Counted from the first letter of the stretch, positions 20,487-29,536 are shown. The stretch is 64,000 nucleotides of DNA from Sedimentisphaerales bacterium (GCA_050012515.1 JBEKHA010000013.1:1441-65440), one strand, 5' to 3'. Notes: generated from the letters alone by a model not told the origin. A program made the numbers and translations.

Positions 20487-20782
20487 AAATGGCGCTGCCC
20501 AACTAAAACCTCTGCGTTAAGACCTCCTGACATAACAATAAAGATTATCGTCTTTTTTCGCCAATCAGTCAAGAACGATAAGATGATAACGCTGAAGTAT
20601 GGCGTAGGTGCTTATTTTCAATACTGTAAACGGCAAAATTGGCCAGCAAGGTAGGGCAAATCGCAAACCCCCGATTGCGGTCCCATATAGGGTCATAAGT
20701 TTAAGGAATAAAAAGACAAAAGTAAAGCAAAAGTGACATTAAACCGGACATTAATAAAAGCTACATTATTCAGTTTTATATT

Positions 20783-21403
20783 TCATCTATCCGTTAGCCC
20801 CAATTCGATTATGCTATTGACCACCTCTTTGAGCTTGATAGCCTCAACGCATTCGCTATCCTTTGATGGTAAATCTTCCAAAAGGAGCAAGAAGGGACTT
20901 AGCGTTCTTTTATCGATCTTTGCAGGTGCCAGCTTCATTGCCTTGACAAATTTAGTGTTATTGATAATACTAATCCAGCCACTTATCCGCCTTAATTCAG
21001 CTACGACTTCTTCCCCTATAAGAGATTTTAACTGCTCGGGGTCATCTCGTTTCTTAAGTTGCTCAAACTCAATTAGTTCTATATAGGCGGGGATCACTTT
21101 ATTATGCACGGCTGTACACAGCTCTTCTCGAGTCTTGGCTATCGATTGGGAATCGCTCCTGAGTTCATTTATCAGCCTTAGCGCAACCTGTTTAGAACTC
21201 TCCAAGATGTCATTATATGTCGCTCGTTTTATTTGAAGTTTCTCAAGATTTTCACCGGCATATCTGAACGCTTCTTCCTTGAACTTGGCTGTCTCGGCTT
21301 TTAATTTGCCAATCTCGACCTTGACACGCCATTGCTTCCCAAACCAGCCTACAAGCCCCCCTACGCCTACACAAATCGCGTTTAGCCAAAGGAGACCCAT
21401 CAT
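20783..21403 (-). CDS. Hypothetical membrane-anchored coiled-coil protein
   Basis: 206 aa. N-terminal TM 'LLWLNAICVGVGGLVGWF'. The start overlaps the upstream stop (TAATG). Confidence 0.6.
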   Translation of the reverse strand: MMGLLWLNAICVGVGGLVGWFGKQWRVKVEIGKLKAETAKFKEEAFRYAGENLEKLQIKRATYNDILESSKQVALRLINELRSDSQSIAKTREELCTAVHNKVIPAYIELIEFEQLKKRDDPEQLKSLIGEEVVAELRRISGWISIINNTKFVKAMKLAPAKIDKRTLSPFLLLLEDLPSKDSECVEAIKLKEVVNSIIELGLTDR

Positions 21404-21660
21404 TATTTACCTTCTAACTCTCTCTTGAGGTCCTGCATGACCCTGTCGAAATCATCCGATGACGACCTCTTTTCAATAATCTGGCCTTCTGAAAAAGAAG
21501 TAACTATCGAAAGAGCTATGATAATTTTATTATATGGAGTACCGGATGCTTGCTGATAGGACTGGTATAACCTGCTTGCTTCCTGTTCAGTCAGCTTTCT
21601 GCCTGCCAGCTTTTCAGCAGCTTCCCTTAATAATCGCCTGATCTCATACTCACTTGACAT
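21403..21660 (-). CDS. Hypothetical small protein (85 aa)
   Basis: AAGGA RBS 8 nt upstream of the ATG. Translationally coupled to the 206-aa gene. Confidence 0.55.
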   Translation of the reverse strand: MSSEYEIRRLLREAAEKLAGRKLTEQEASRLYQSYQQASGTPYNKIIIALSIVTSFSEGQIIEKRSSSDDFDRVMQDLKRELEGK

Positions 21661-22025
21661 GGCTCAATCCTTTCACAAAATGGTTTTTCTTTGCGTGCTC
21701 CAATACGAACACTACTATCTCTGCCCATAACACAGCATCTTCCAAAAGACCCTCTATGTTGCAGCAATTTCCCGACCCCACAATACCCCAAACCCTGTCT
21801 TTCGTCAATAATCGCTTTGCCCGCAAGGCTGGATTAACCCGGCTTTGCCTTGGGAAAGGCAAAAATGGAACTGTCATGTATCTAAGAGAAGAGGTTGTTG
21901 CCTATGAAAAACAAAGGCTGATTTCGACAAAATAAAAATCAAAGAAATCAGCAAAATCAAAATAAATCAAATATTTCAAAACTGCCCCGGTTTTGTGATC
22001 GCAAGTCCTTTTCCGGGGTAGTTGT

Positions 22026-23012
22026 CTACACAATATTAGATAAATCTGCCAGATATTTCCTCGTGTATCGTTTTGTTTTGGTATGCTCCCAAGTTTTCCT
22101 TATTCCAATTATAGAATTTATTGTTAGAGTCGCCCCAGCTGCGGCCTCTACAGCACAAGCTAAGAGACTCGAAGGGTCCTGGATAAAAAGACTCAATCCT
22201 AAACCAAATTGAATCCCTTCTCCTCCAAGTTGTACAATCTCATCTGAATATTGTTGAAAGATGCTGTCCCTTCTATCTAAGAATCCGCGATCAGCTTTGC
22301 CTTGCTCAAGATCATCAAAATATTTGTCCAACTCGTCGTGAAAAGCATGCAAGCGTTCTTTGAATCCTTTGCAGTTTCTGAATTGAATGATTCGATCTAG
22401 ACTGATTTGATGAAGATTTTTAGGTATTTTTAGCTTTAACAGTCCTTTGGCAATATCAATTTTTTCAGCTAGCTTCTTGTTGGGTCTGCGAGCAATACAT
22501 TCGAGTTCGTAGTACTCTTTGTAATCTGTTATTGGAGGTAATGATTTATCGTCTCCCATGATTTGTGCCAATAGAGACATGTACAAGAACCCCAAAGTAT
22601 TAGGTATAGCAATACCCTCCGAAACATTCCTCCCAAAACTGTTTTCAATACAATATCTTTCAAAATCATAGGAATATTTCTCGCTGTATATAGTACATTT
22701 CTGGTTTGATGGCGCTCTCCAATGGTTAATAAAGTCTGGCTCTTTAATTATCCCTGAATATACCTTGGGTTTTTTCACAACTTCTTCTATAACCCTTATT
22801 GCATCCAATGAAGCTAACCATGCATCCTCAGGCGTCGGATAAAGAGGCTCTAGGAGATCTGTTTCATTAAATACCTTTACATGCTTATCGCTAAGCTCTT
22901 TTTGTGCCGACCATGGGATTATGGGTTTTAGTTTGTCTATATAAAGAAGCGCAAACTTCAGCCAATCATCACTTTGAACTTCAAAACTAGGATAGTATAG
23001 TAATTTTTTCAT
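22026..23012 (-). CDS. Hypothetical 328-aa protein, third gene of the Gabija-like operon
   Basis: Starts 12 nt after the gajB-like stop. N-terminal 'LLYYPSFEVQSDDWLKFALLYIDKL' (I recall a DUF6236-like family; unverified). Hydrophobic C-terminal segment 'GLGLSLFIQDPSSLLACAVEAAAGATLTINSIIGI'. Confidence 0.65.
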   Translation of the reverse strand: MKKLLYYPSFEVQSDDWLKFALLYIDKLKPIIPWSAQKELSDKHVKVFNETDLLEPLYPTPEDAWLASLDAIRVIEEVVKKPKVYSGIIKEPDFINHWRAPSNQKCTIYSEKYSYDFERYCIENSFGRNVSEGIAIPNTLGFLYMSLLAQIMGDDKSLPPITDYKEYYELECIARRPNKKLAEKIDIAKGLLKLKIPKNLHQISLDRIIQFRNCKGFKERLHAFHDELDKYFDDLEQGKADRGFLDRRDSIFQQYSDEIVQLGGEGIQFGLGLSLFIQDPSSLLACAVEAAAGATLTINSIIGIRKTWEHTKTKRYTRKYLADLSNIV

Positions 23013-23024
23013 CTATCGGATCTC

Positions 23025-24998
23025 CTATACTTTAAGAATTAACCAACCATTGCCACTGAAAGCTTTGGGATCAAACCTATCCTTGTGAACTGCGAAACAT
23101 AATAAGTGCGTAGGTCGAGAAAAACCAACATAGACCATTCTCGCGCTTTGTTTTGTCCTATCACTAACCTTATCAGCTATTGTTTGGCCAGCAAACTGTT
23201 CTTTTAACCGTTGAGATTCATAAGATTTCGCATTTTCCCCATTGCCATCTTTATAATAATAGCTTTCCAAATATAGTGTTGCTGTATGTGTTTGGCCTTT
23301 TACAGAATGTACAGTTCCGATCTCAACGGCAATATCAGTCTTTTGACACCGATATATGTTATTTTTGGGTTTGGCATCGCTAGATTTGTCGGATGGTTCC
23401 GATATTGTCAGTGAGCTTTCGTCATTCACGAACTCAAACGATTTTTCTAAATTCCTTCCAAAACAATTCACAAATTGAGGGATAATATTCTTTATGTCAG
23501 AAAAGGCGTGATTAATTTTCTCTGAATAGATATCCCGGCACCAGTGGAAAAGTAGTAATCGAAAATCTTCATAGAAGCCTGTGTGTTCGTCCTTTAAATG
23601 TTTCTGCAAACTACCAATAGAAAAGTATCCGGTTTTGCTTTCAGGATTTTTTACTTGTTCTAAACGTAAAACTTTCAAAAAAGCATTCAAGATACTCTTG
23701 TAAATACTTTCTATGCCGTCTTTTTGTGAACCTTCTTTTTTTGCGAATAGCAGATAGCTTTTAAAGTTAGGATAGTCTGTTTTTGACTTAAAGGCATTTG
23801 TTTCAAAGTCAGGCCAATAATTTTTCAACCCAAATTTCCCGTCCTCACCTTTTCTCCATGCAATAGCTTTGATGGGATATTCGTAGTTCTCCGGGATTTT
23901 CCCACCATCTATATATTTCCTTACCAGTTCACAAAACTTTGGTAAAACATTCGATATTGAATTATCGTCAAAGACAATTACATGAGGAGGTAGGGCATCC
24001 TCTTGTGCATTTCTTCCCACAATCGGCTCACGTGGCATTCCAAATGGCTCAACTATTTTCGCAATCATTGATGATAACCGGCGGCTTCCAGTTATGGGAA
24101 GAACAGTTGCCCTGCTTATCCAAATATCGTCAAGCTTGATATCTCCAGAAAATATGGCCTGATTCTTATCGCCAATTCGCTGGTAAATGGAAGAACTATT
24201 GACATCATTAAAAATTTGTTCGAGTAAATTATACTGATGATAGTCCATATCCTGCATTTCATCGACAAAGGCATACCGAAATCGCTGCTGAAGTAAACGT
24301 TGCAATATGGGGTTTAATTTTATTGCTTTCAATGCCAATACGTAAGCATCATCGTAACATAAGATGCCTTTTTCTCTTAGTGCTTGCTTCATTTCGAGTA
24401 ATGATATGTATGTGTCACTATTTCTGTCTTTCAAAGGAAATCTATAATTGGCAATCACTAATTCATCGTTCTCGTTTAGACGGGATTCGTATAGAACGTC
24501 TCCTTTCTGGTAAGGATGATTGTCCAGCCATGCATAAGCTTTAGCAGGAATGTAAATATTCTCATTGTAACTCTCGTCATCAATTCGCCATGGTCTTTTA
24601 CCATACTTCTGCGTGTAATGCGGAATAGCCAAGAAAATATCAGCAAAGGTTTGAATAGTTCCAACAAAGTTCGGATATGCAAAGAGCTTAGGACAGTATT
24701 GGCCGATTCTCTTTTTTATTTCGTTAACCGCAGCATTAGTATGGGAGATTACAAGAATCCCCGAACCTTCTTCGAATGGTAAATGCCTTTCTAGTATTAG
24801 AAGTTTTGCAAGAAGAACGGTTGTCTTGCCGCTTCCCGGAACTGCTTGTAAGTCAATTGTTTCCAAATTTTTTATAAAGGCCTTGCGTTCATTGCGATCA
24901 TCGTCAAATGCTCCCCCCTTACCGAACAGGATCATTTCTGCGTGGGCAATGTCATTATCATTTATTTCTATCTTAGGCCGTGACATATTTAATAGCAT
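23025..24998 (-). CDS. gajB: UvrD/PcrA-like SF1 helicase (GajB-like)
   Basis: 'AVPGSGKTT' Walker A. 'FVDEMQD' Walker B. C-terminal 'TVHSVKGQTHTA'. Overlaps the end of the OLD-nuclease gene. An alternative ATG exists at 24986. Confidence 0.8.
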   Translation of the reverse strand: MLLNMSRPKIEINDNDIAHAEMILFGKGGAFDDDRNERKAFIKNLETIDLQAVPGSGKTTVLLAKLLILERHLPFEEGSGILVISHTNAAVNEIKKRIGQYCPKLFAYPNFVGTIQTFADIFLAIPHYTQKYGKRPWRIDDESYNENIYIPAKAYAWLDNHPYQKGDVLYESRLNENDELVIANYRFPLKDRNSDTYISLLEMKQALREKGILCYDDAYVLALKAIKLNPILQRLLQQRFRYAFVDEMQDMDYHQYNLLEQIFNDVNSSSIYQRIGDKNQAIFSGDIKLDDIWISRATVLPITGSRRLSSMIAKIVEPFGMPREPIVGRNAQEDALPPHVIVFDDNSISNVLPKFCELVRKYIDGGKIPENYEYPIKAIAWRKGEDGKFGLKNYWPDFETNAFKSKTDYPNFKSYLLFAKKEGSQKDGIESIYKSILNAFLKVLRLEQVKNPESKTGYFSIGSLQKHLKDEHTGFYEDFRLLLFHWCRDIYSEKINHAFSDIKNIIPQFVNCFGRNLEKSFEFVNDESSLTISEPSDKSSDAKPKNNIYRCQKTDIAVEIGTVHSVKGQTHTATLYLESYYYKDGNGENAKSYESQRLKEQFAGQTIADKVSDRTKQSARMVYVGFSRPTHLLCFAVHKDRFDPKAFSGNGWLILKV

Positions 24999-26796
24999 CG
25001 ATGAGATATTTTATTGCCTGATCATTTTCATCAATCGCTATAGCTGCTATATCTTGCTCAATTATCTGAGCTAATTTGTAGGCTATTTCGGTTTTGTCCA
25101 GAGTTCTCTTTATCAGCTTATCTGACAGACCTTGTTCAAAAGTGCAGTCTTCAATAATATTGGGGTGAACTATTCTAACAACTGATTCAAATGCAGCTGA
25201 CAGAGAGCTCGACTTACTGATACAGTATTCTAATGTCCAATGAGGAGAGGGAAATGTTTTCACTTTCTGTCCATTGTATTTGGCCTTTATTTCCGCTGTT
25301 TTAATCTCCTTTTGTGTCTTCCCGTTCGATGTAATATTCTCATCTTCCGGCTTCACGTCCAGATCCGTTATCACTGCGATAGGGACATTCATTTCTTGCC
25401 CATCTTTTCGCCGGAATATCTTTGCATATCGCAAAAAGGCCATGTTGCCGACATTGATGATGGAAACCCCCTTCTGCGTCAAATCTATGCCGACTTTCTT
25501 TGCCAGAACCGGCAAGAGCAACTCCTCAGACCATCCCTCAACGAGAATAACTCCTTTGGCAAAAAAGAGATTTGCCTTTGTTACATCAAGGAATCTTTCA
25601 AGAAATACATAATCATCGTCTTCCAGTTCAGTAAGCTTCTTCCTCATCGGAAAGGCCCGCTTGTCATGACAAATGATAAGATTATCCAACTCGACCTTTG
25701 ATGCAAGATTAGGACTGTGAGTAGTCAGTATGATTTGAACACCCTTGTTCTGCTTTATAAATTCCTCAAAAAACTCAATAACTCGTAATTGGGCCTGAGG
25801 ATGAAGATGCGCTTCAAGTTCTTCGATTAATGCGAGTCGCAATCCTGTCCAGTTCTGTCTTTTTAGATTTAATAGTTCAGCAGCAATAAAAAGTAGATTC
25901 TGACTTCCAAGGCCAAGCTTATCATCGCTCAAGGAAAGTTTGAACTGTTCGAGAATATTTTTTAGTTCCCTGTCTATAACATCAAAGTCTGCCTGATATT
26001 GTTCTTCTTCAAAAAATTGCTTAATCATATCCTGCAAATCTGCTCGAATACTTTCTCCTTCGTTTTTGTTTCCTGAACCCTTATCTTTAGGATTTTCCTT
26101 TGTCACAGGATAAAATCTATCTTGGTATGGACATGGAGTTTCAGTGCAATCTTTGGGTTTGTAATCCTTTTTAAAGTATTTCTTGAACAGGCAATTCCAA
26201 CAGCGAGCCAATAATGTTAATGTATGCCCTTTTTCTTTACCCTTGAAGGCATGATGTCCGGAAAGAATTTGAGACAGGCGGGAATTTCTTTTGGGAACAA
26301 GTTCCGATTTCGCATCCCGAAGAGGTTTTAAGTATGTCGTCCTTAAATAATCACGTGCTTCCGCTGTAAACAAAGCCCCATCATCGTCCGCTCCAGCCCG
26401 GACGTCATAATGCAATCGCTCGTTTCCCTTCTTGCTGGCATCCAAGATAACTTTAAGATATGGCTTTGCAGCTTCTCCCATACCTTCCATTCCCAGCCAT
26501 TCGATAAAGTGCATAGCCTCGTTGTCAGACAATTCATCAAAACGACACTCGATCCTTAATCTCTCTGTATTGTTGTGGAAGTCATCGGCAATCAACCTTA
26601 CCCACTCGCTGCTATGTGTATCCAGCACAAACTTAATAGCATCGATGATTGCTGTCTTACCTGAATCGTTAGCTCCTATCAGGACATTAAGCCCTTTAGT
26701 AAAAGACACAATAAGATCAGGTTTTGTTAAATCTAGTTTGCTATTTCCTGAACCAAATTTCCTAAAGTTCCACAATTTAATGTTTGAGAGGTACAT
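24973..26796 (-). CDS. gajA: OLD-family ATPase/Toprim endonuclease (GajA-like)
   Basis: 'IKLWNFRKF...LIGANDSGKTAIIDAI' ABC-ATPase N-terminus. 'LALIEELEAHLHP' Walker B / D-loop. Toprim 'ILVEGWSEE'. The first ATG is at 26796; the track uses a TTG at 26805. Confidence 0.85.
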   Translation of the reverse strand: MYLSNIKLWNFRKFGSGNSKLDLTKPDLIVSFTKGLNVLIGANDSGKTAIIDAIKFVLDTHSSEWVRLIADDFHNNTERLRIECRFDELSDNEAMHFIEWLGMEGMGEAAKPYLKVILDASKKGNERLHYDVRAGADDDGALFTAEARDYLRTTYLKPLRDAKSELVPKRNSRLSQILSGHHAFKGKEKGHTLTLLARCWNCLFKKYFKKDYKPKDCTETPCPYQDRFYPVTKENPKDKGSGNKNEGESIRADLQDMIKQFFEEEQYQADFDVIDRELKNILEQFKLSLSDDKLGLGSQNLLFIAAELLNLKRQNWTGLRLALIEELEAHLHPQAQLRVIEFFEEFIKQNKGVQIILTTHSPNLASKVELDNLIICHDKRAFPMRKKLTELEDDDYVFLERFLDVTKANLFFAKGVILVEGWSEELLLPVLAKKVGIDLTQKGVSIINVGNMAFLRYAKIFRRKDGQEMNVPIAVITDLDVKPEDENITSNGKTQKEIKTAEIKAKYNGQKVKTFPSPHWTLEYCISKSSSLSAAFESVVRIVHPNIIEDCTFEQGLSDKLIKRTLDKTEIAYKLAQIIEQDIAAIAIDENDQAIKYLIDAIKYVTA

Positions 26797-26855
26797 AATA
26801 ATCAAAGCTCACATTATCTTGTTCTCTTATCATTAATACTTCCGTATCTAGCTAT

Positions 26856-27152
26856 TTAAGCTGTGTTCTTGAGTATTTGCTTTACACAAAATTCCACACA
26901 ATCCGTCATTGTTTCTGGTACCAAAGCCGCATGGTGTCTTCTACAAATCTCCGGTGAATTTCCCATTAACGCAGATATCTTATACAATGATTCACCTTTC
27001 ATTGCAAGTTGACTTCCAAAAGTGTGTCTGTAATCCAAGCAATTCCACTGCAAACTTGCTTTTTCATTAGCGTTTCTTAGATCACTGCTAAAATTATCTA
27101 GATCATACCTCTTGCCCTGAGGCGATGGGAAAAACCACTTCCCCGTAACGGG
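26856..27152 (-). pseudogene. Truncated tyrosine recombinase (integrase) C-terminal fragment
   Basis: The frame is open only from 27152. Box II-like 'YRHTFGSQLAMKG...ALMGNSPEICRRHHAAL' is present. The N-terminal ~250 aa are missing. A His sits where the catalytic Tyr is expected. Confidence 0.75.
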
Positions 27153-27370
27153 TTAAAATCCGAGACAAAACGAAAAGAGATAACTCCCTTTGAGCAGGAA
27201 GTTATCTCTTTAAACCAATAGCGGGGGATGTCTTCGTATCACCGACTTGTTAAAATGGGCAAGGTCGGAGGTTCGTAACGGGTGAAAAGCAAGATTTCAA
27301 AAAAAGAGATAACTCTTTGGTAAACAAGATGTTACAAAAAAGTTATCTCTGCAAACCACTAGCGGGGGGA
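27144..27370. repeat. Two degenerate tandem copies of the tRNA 3-prime end, its terminator hairpin and the island junction (att scars)
   Basis: Unit 1 (27144-27228) and unit 2 (27274-27370) share 'cgtaacgggtKaaaaKc...aagagataact..gttatctct..aaaccaMtagcggggg'. An inverted T-arm fragment 'ggtcggaggttcg' lies at ~27263-27275. Confidence 0.7.
27299..27350 (-). terminator. Rho-independent terminator of tRNA-Met
   Basis: 9-bp stem agagataac/gttatctct with a long loop, followed by a U-tract on the minus-sense transcript. Confidence 0.55.
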
Positions 27371-27433
27371 GGATTCGAACCTCCGACCTCCGGGTTATGG
27401 GCCCGACGAGCTACCAGACTGCTCTACCCCGCG
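27360..27433 (-). tRNA. tRNA-Met (CAT), initiator-like
   Basis: Hand-folded cloverleaf. Acceptor CGCGGGG/CCCCGCU with a 1:72 mismatch. Three consecutive G:C pairs close the anticodon stem. The loop is CCCAUAA. The T-arm is GGAGG-TTCGAAT-CCTCC. No CCA is encoded. Confidence 0.85.
27378..27401. repeat. 24-bp direct repeat (proximal att core inside tRNA-Met)
   Basis: Identical to 15548-15571. It spans the anticodon loop to the 5-prime strand of the T-stem. Confidence 0.85.
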
Positions 27434-27486
27434 GTCATTTGAAAAATAATACCACCAAACTGCCTTTCCAGCAAGAATAAAACCGG

Positions 27487-27903
27487 TTACAGATTTTTCC
27501 TGATTTTATCGGCAATTATTTCCACCTGGCCGGGTCTGTATTTATATGAAGGCCACTGCGCAAAAACGCCATCACCTGTCTTACGCGGCACTATATGAAA
27601 ATGCAAATGGTCAACAACCTGCCCAGCAGCCCTGCCGTTGTTGCACAGCACATTGTACCCATCAGCATCAACAGCCAAAGCGACCGCGCCGGCAATCCTG
27701 CCCAAACGAGTCCAGATTTGTCCCAGCAGCTCAGGCGGACAGCTATGCACTTTTTCAACATGCTGACGAGACATCACGAGTGTATGGCCATCACTGACTG
27801 GACCGATATCGAGAAAAGCGACAACAACCTCGTCCTCGTAGATTTTGGCCGACGGTATCTGGCCCGACGCTATTTTGCAGAAAATGCAATCCTGAACGCC
27901 CAT
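27487..27903 (-). CDS. HIT family (histidine triad) nucleotide hydrolase
   Basis: 138 aa. 'CIFCKI' N-terminus and the 'HLHFHIVPR' triad. Confidence 0.9.
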   Translation of the reverse strand: MGVQDCIFCKIASGQIPSAKIYEDEVVVAFLDIGPVSDGHTLVMSRQHVEKVHSCPPELLGQIWTRLGRIAGAVALAVDADGYNVLCNNGRAAGQVVDHLHFHIVPRKTGDGVFAQWPSYKYRPGQVEIIADKIRKNL

Positions 27904-27937
27904 TGTCTGACTCCCTCACCGAATAATCAACAACGGC

Positions 27938-28429
27938 TTACTGCTGTGCGCCTGCCGCGGCGGTTTTGGCCTTTTTGCCGGCTTTGGAGTGCTCGCCTTT
28001 TTCGCCCTTATGCTTTTTCTCAACGTGCTCAGCACCAACCAACTGAAGCAAAACCAGCTCGCCGTTATCACCCAGCCGTCTTTTCGCCAGGTGAATAATT
28101 CGCGTATATCCGCCTTTCCTGTCCAAATACCGCGGACCAAGCTCACTGAACAATTTGCCTATAATCGTGCCCTTGCGAACCTGCTGGCCGTCTTCATCCT
28201 TGAATATGTTACGGTCGCCCAACTGCGAAATTGCCTGTCGTCTCGCCGCCAGCGTTCCTTTCCTGGCCAGCGTAATCAGCTTCTCGGCAAAACCTTTTAC
28301 TTCCTTTGCCTTCCGGATAGTCGTCGAAATCGTTTCATGCTCAAAAAGCGCTACCGCTAGATTGCGACGTAACGCAATGCGATGCTCGCTTGTTCGACTC
28401 AATTGTCTGCCTGCGACTCTGTGACGCAT
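27938..28429 (-). CDS. rplQ: 50S ribosomal protein L17
   Basis: 'MRHRVAGRQLSRTSEHR'. Lys/Ala-rich C-terminal tail. Confidence 0.95.
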   Translation of the reverse strand: MRHRVAGRQLSRTSEHRIALRRNLAVALFEHETISTTIRKAKEVKGFAEKLITLARKGTLAARRQAISQLGDRNIFKDEDGQQVRKGTIIGKLFSELGPRYLDRKGGYTRIIHLAKRRLGDNGELVLLQLVGAEHVEKKHKGEKGEHSKAGKKAKTAAAGAQQ

Positions 28430-28447
28430 AAACTTAAAAACCCCTTT

Positions 28448-28460
28448 CCGCCTTCGGCGG
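28448..28460 (-). promoter_or_regulatory. Stem-loop between rpoA and rplQ (possible attenuator)
   Basis: The minus-sense RNA reads CCGCC-GAAG-GCGG followed by 'aaaggggttttt'. Confidence 0.25.
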
Positions 28461-28506
28461 ATAAATTACCGCCTCGCCGCAAAAACGCGAAGCTAAATAC
28501 TCAAAA

Positions 28507-29505
28507 TCATTCTATTCCAGTCATTCCCAGCGACAAGCCGAGGTCCGCGAGCTTTCTCTTGACCTCGCGCAAGCTGGTTTTGCCGAAACTGCGAACTTCA
28601 AGCAGTTCCGCCTCTGTCATTTTGGCAAGCTGTCTGACGGTTTCAATTTTAACCGATTCAAGACAGTTGTTCGCCCGAACTGAAAGCTCAAGCTCCTGTA
28701 TGGGCATATTCAGTTTGGTCTGCATTTCTTCGCCAACCTTGGGCTGCGGCTGGTCAACCGCAACATCACCCGACACAGTTTCGGTTCCTATTTCGCTGTA
28801 TTGCACAAACGGATTAATGTGTTTGCGCAGAATCTTGGCTGCCTCGACCATCGCCATATCCGGCGTAATTGCCCCGTTAGTCCATATCTCAAGTATCAGC
28901 CGGTCATAATCTGTTTTTTGCCCGACTCGAGTATCCTCTGTGATGTACCGCACCCTGGTAACCGGTGAATATGCCGCATCAATTACTATTCTGCCAATTT
29001 CCTGCTCGTATCTGTCGGCCACTGCAAGCCGTTCCGCAGCGGGCACATAACCACGGCCGCTTTCAACCACCATCTCTATCTCAAAATTCACGTCTTCTGT
29101 CAGGGTGGCTATCACTTTGTCCTTATCAATGATTTCTATTGCGGGGTCGGCAACGATATCGGCCGCAGTCACCACGCCGGCTTTATTGGCCGTAACCTTC
29201 ATGATCTTCGGCCCTTCCGCCTGAAGCCGGACCGTCAGATTCTTGATGTTCAGGACAATATCCGTCATGTCTTCCATTACGCCCTTTATCGAGGTAAACT
29301 CATGGTTGACCCCCGCTATCTTTATGGAAGTAACCGCGCTGCCTTCAAGCGAGCTGAGCAAGACCCGCCTCAGGCTGTTGCCAATTGTCGTGCCTAAACC
29401 TCGCTCGAACGGCTCGACATAAAATTTCCCATATCTGTCGTTCGCTATCTTACTGTCGCGCTCGACACGAGTCGGTAACTCAAGACCACGCCATGTAATT
29501 CGCAT
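28507..29505 (-). CDS. rpoA: DNA-directed RNA polymerase subunit alpha
   Basis: NTD and CTD are recognisable ('ELSVRANNCL'). GAGGAGG RBS before the ATG at 29505; the track ORF starts at 29559, inside rpsD. Confidence 0.95.
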   Translation of the reverse strand: MRITWRGLELPTRVERDSKIANDRYGKFYVEPFERGLGTTIGNSLRRVLLSSLEGSAVTSIKIAGVNHEFTSIKGVMEDMTDIVLNIKNLTVRLQAEGPKIMKVTANKAGVVTAADIVADPAIEIIDKDKVIATLTEDVNFEIEMVVESGRGYVPAAERLAVADRYEQEIGRIVIDAAYSPVTRVRYITEDTRVGQKTDYDRLILEIWTNGAITPDMAMVEAAKILRKHINPFVQYSEIGTETVSGDVAVDQPQPKVGEEMQTKLNMPIQELELSVRANNCLESVKIETVRQLAKMTEAELLEVRSFGKTSLREVKRKLADLGLSLGMTGIE

Positions 29506-29536
29506 ACTGGCCTCCTCAAAATCAGCCAATTCAAAC

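Larger units (their letters stand above)
15548..27401. mobile_element. tRNA-Met-associated genomic (defence) island, ~11.8 kb
   Basis: Bounded by the 24-bp direct repeats. An integrase remnant lies next to the tRNA. Composition is visibly AT-rich. The cargo is defence-type genes. Confidence 0.75.
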
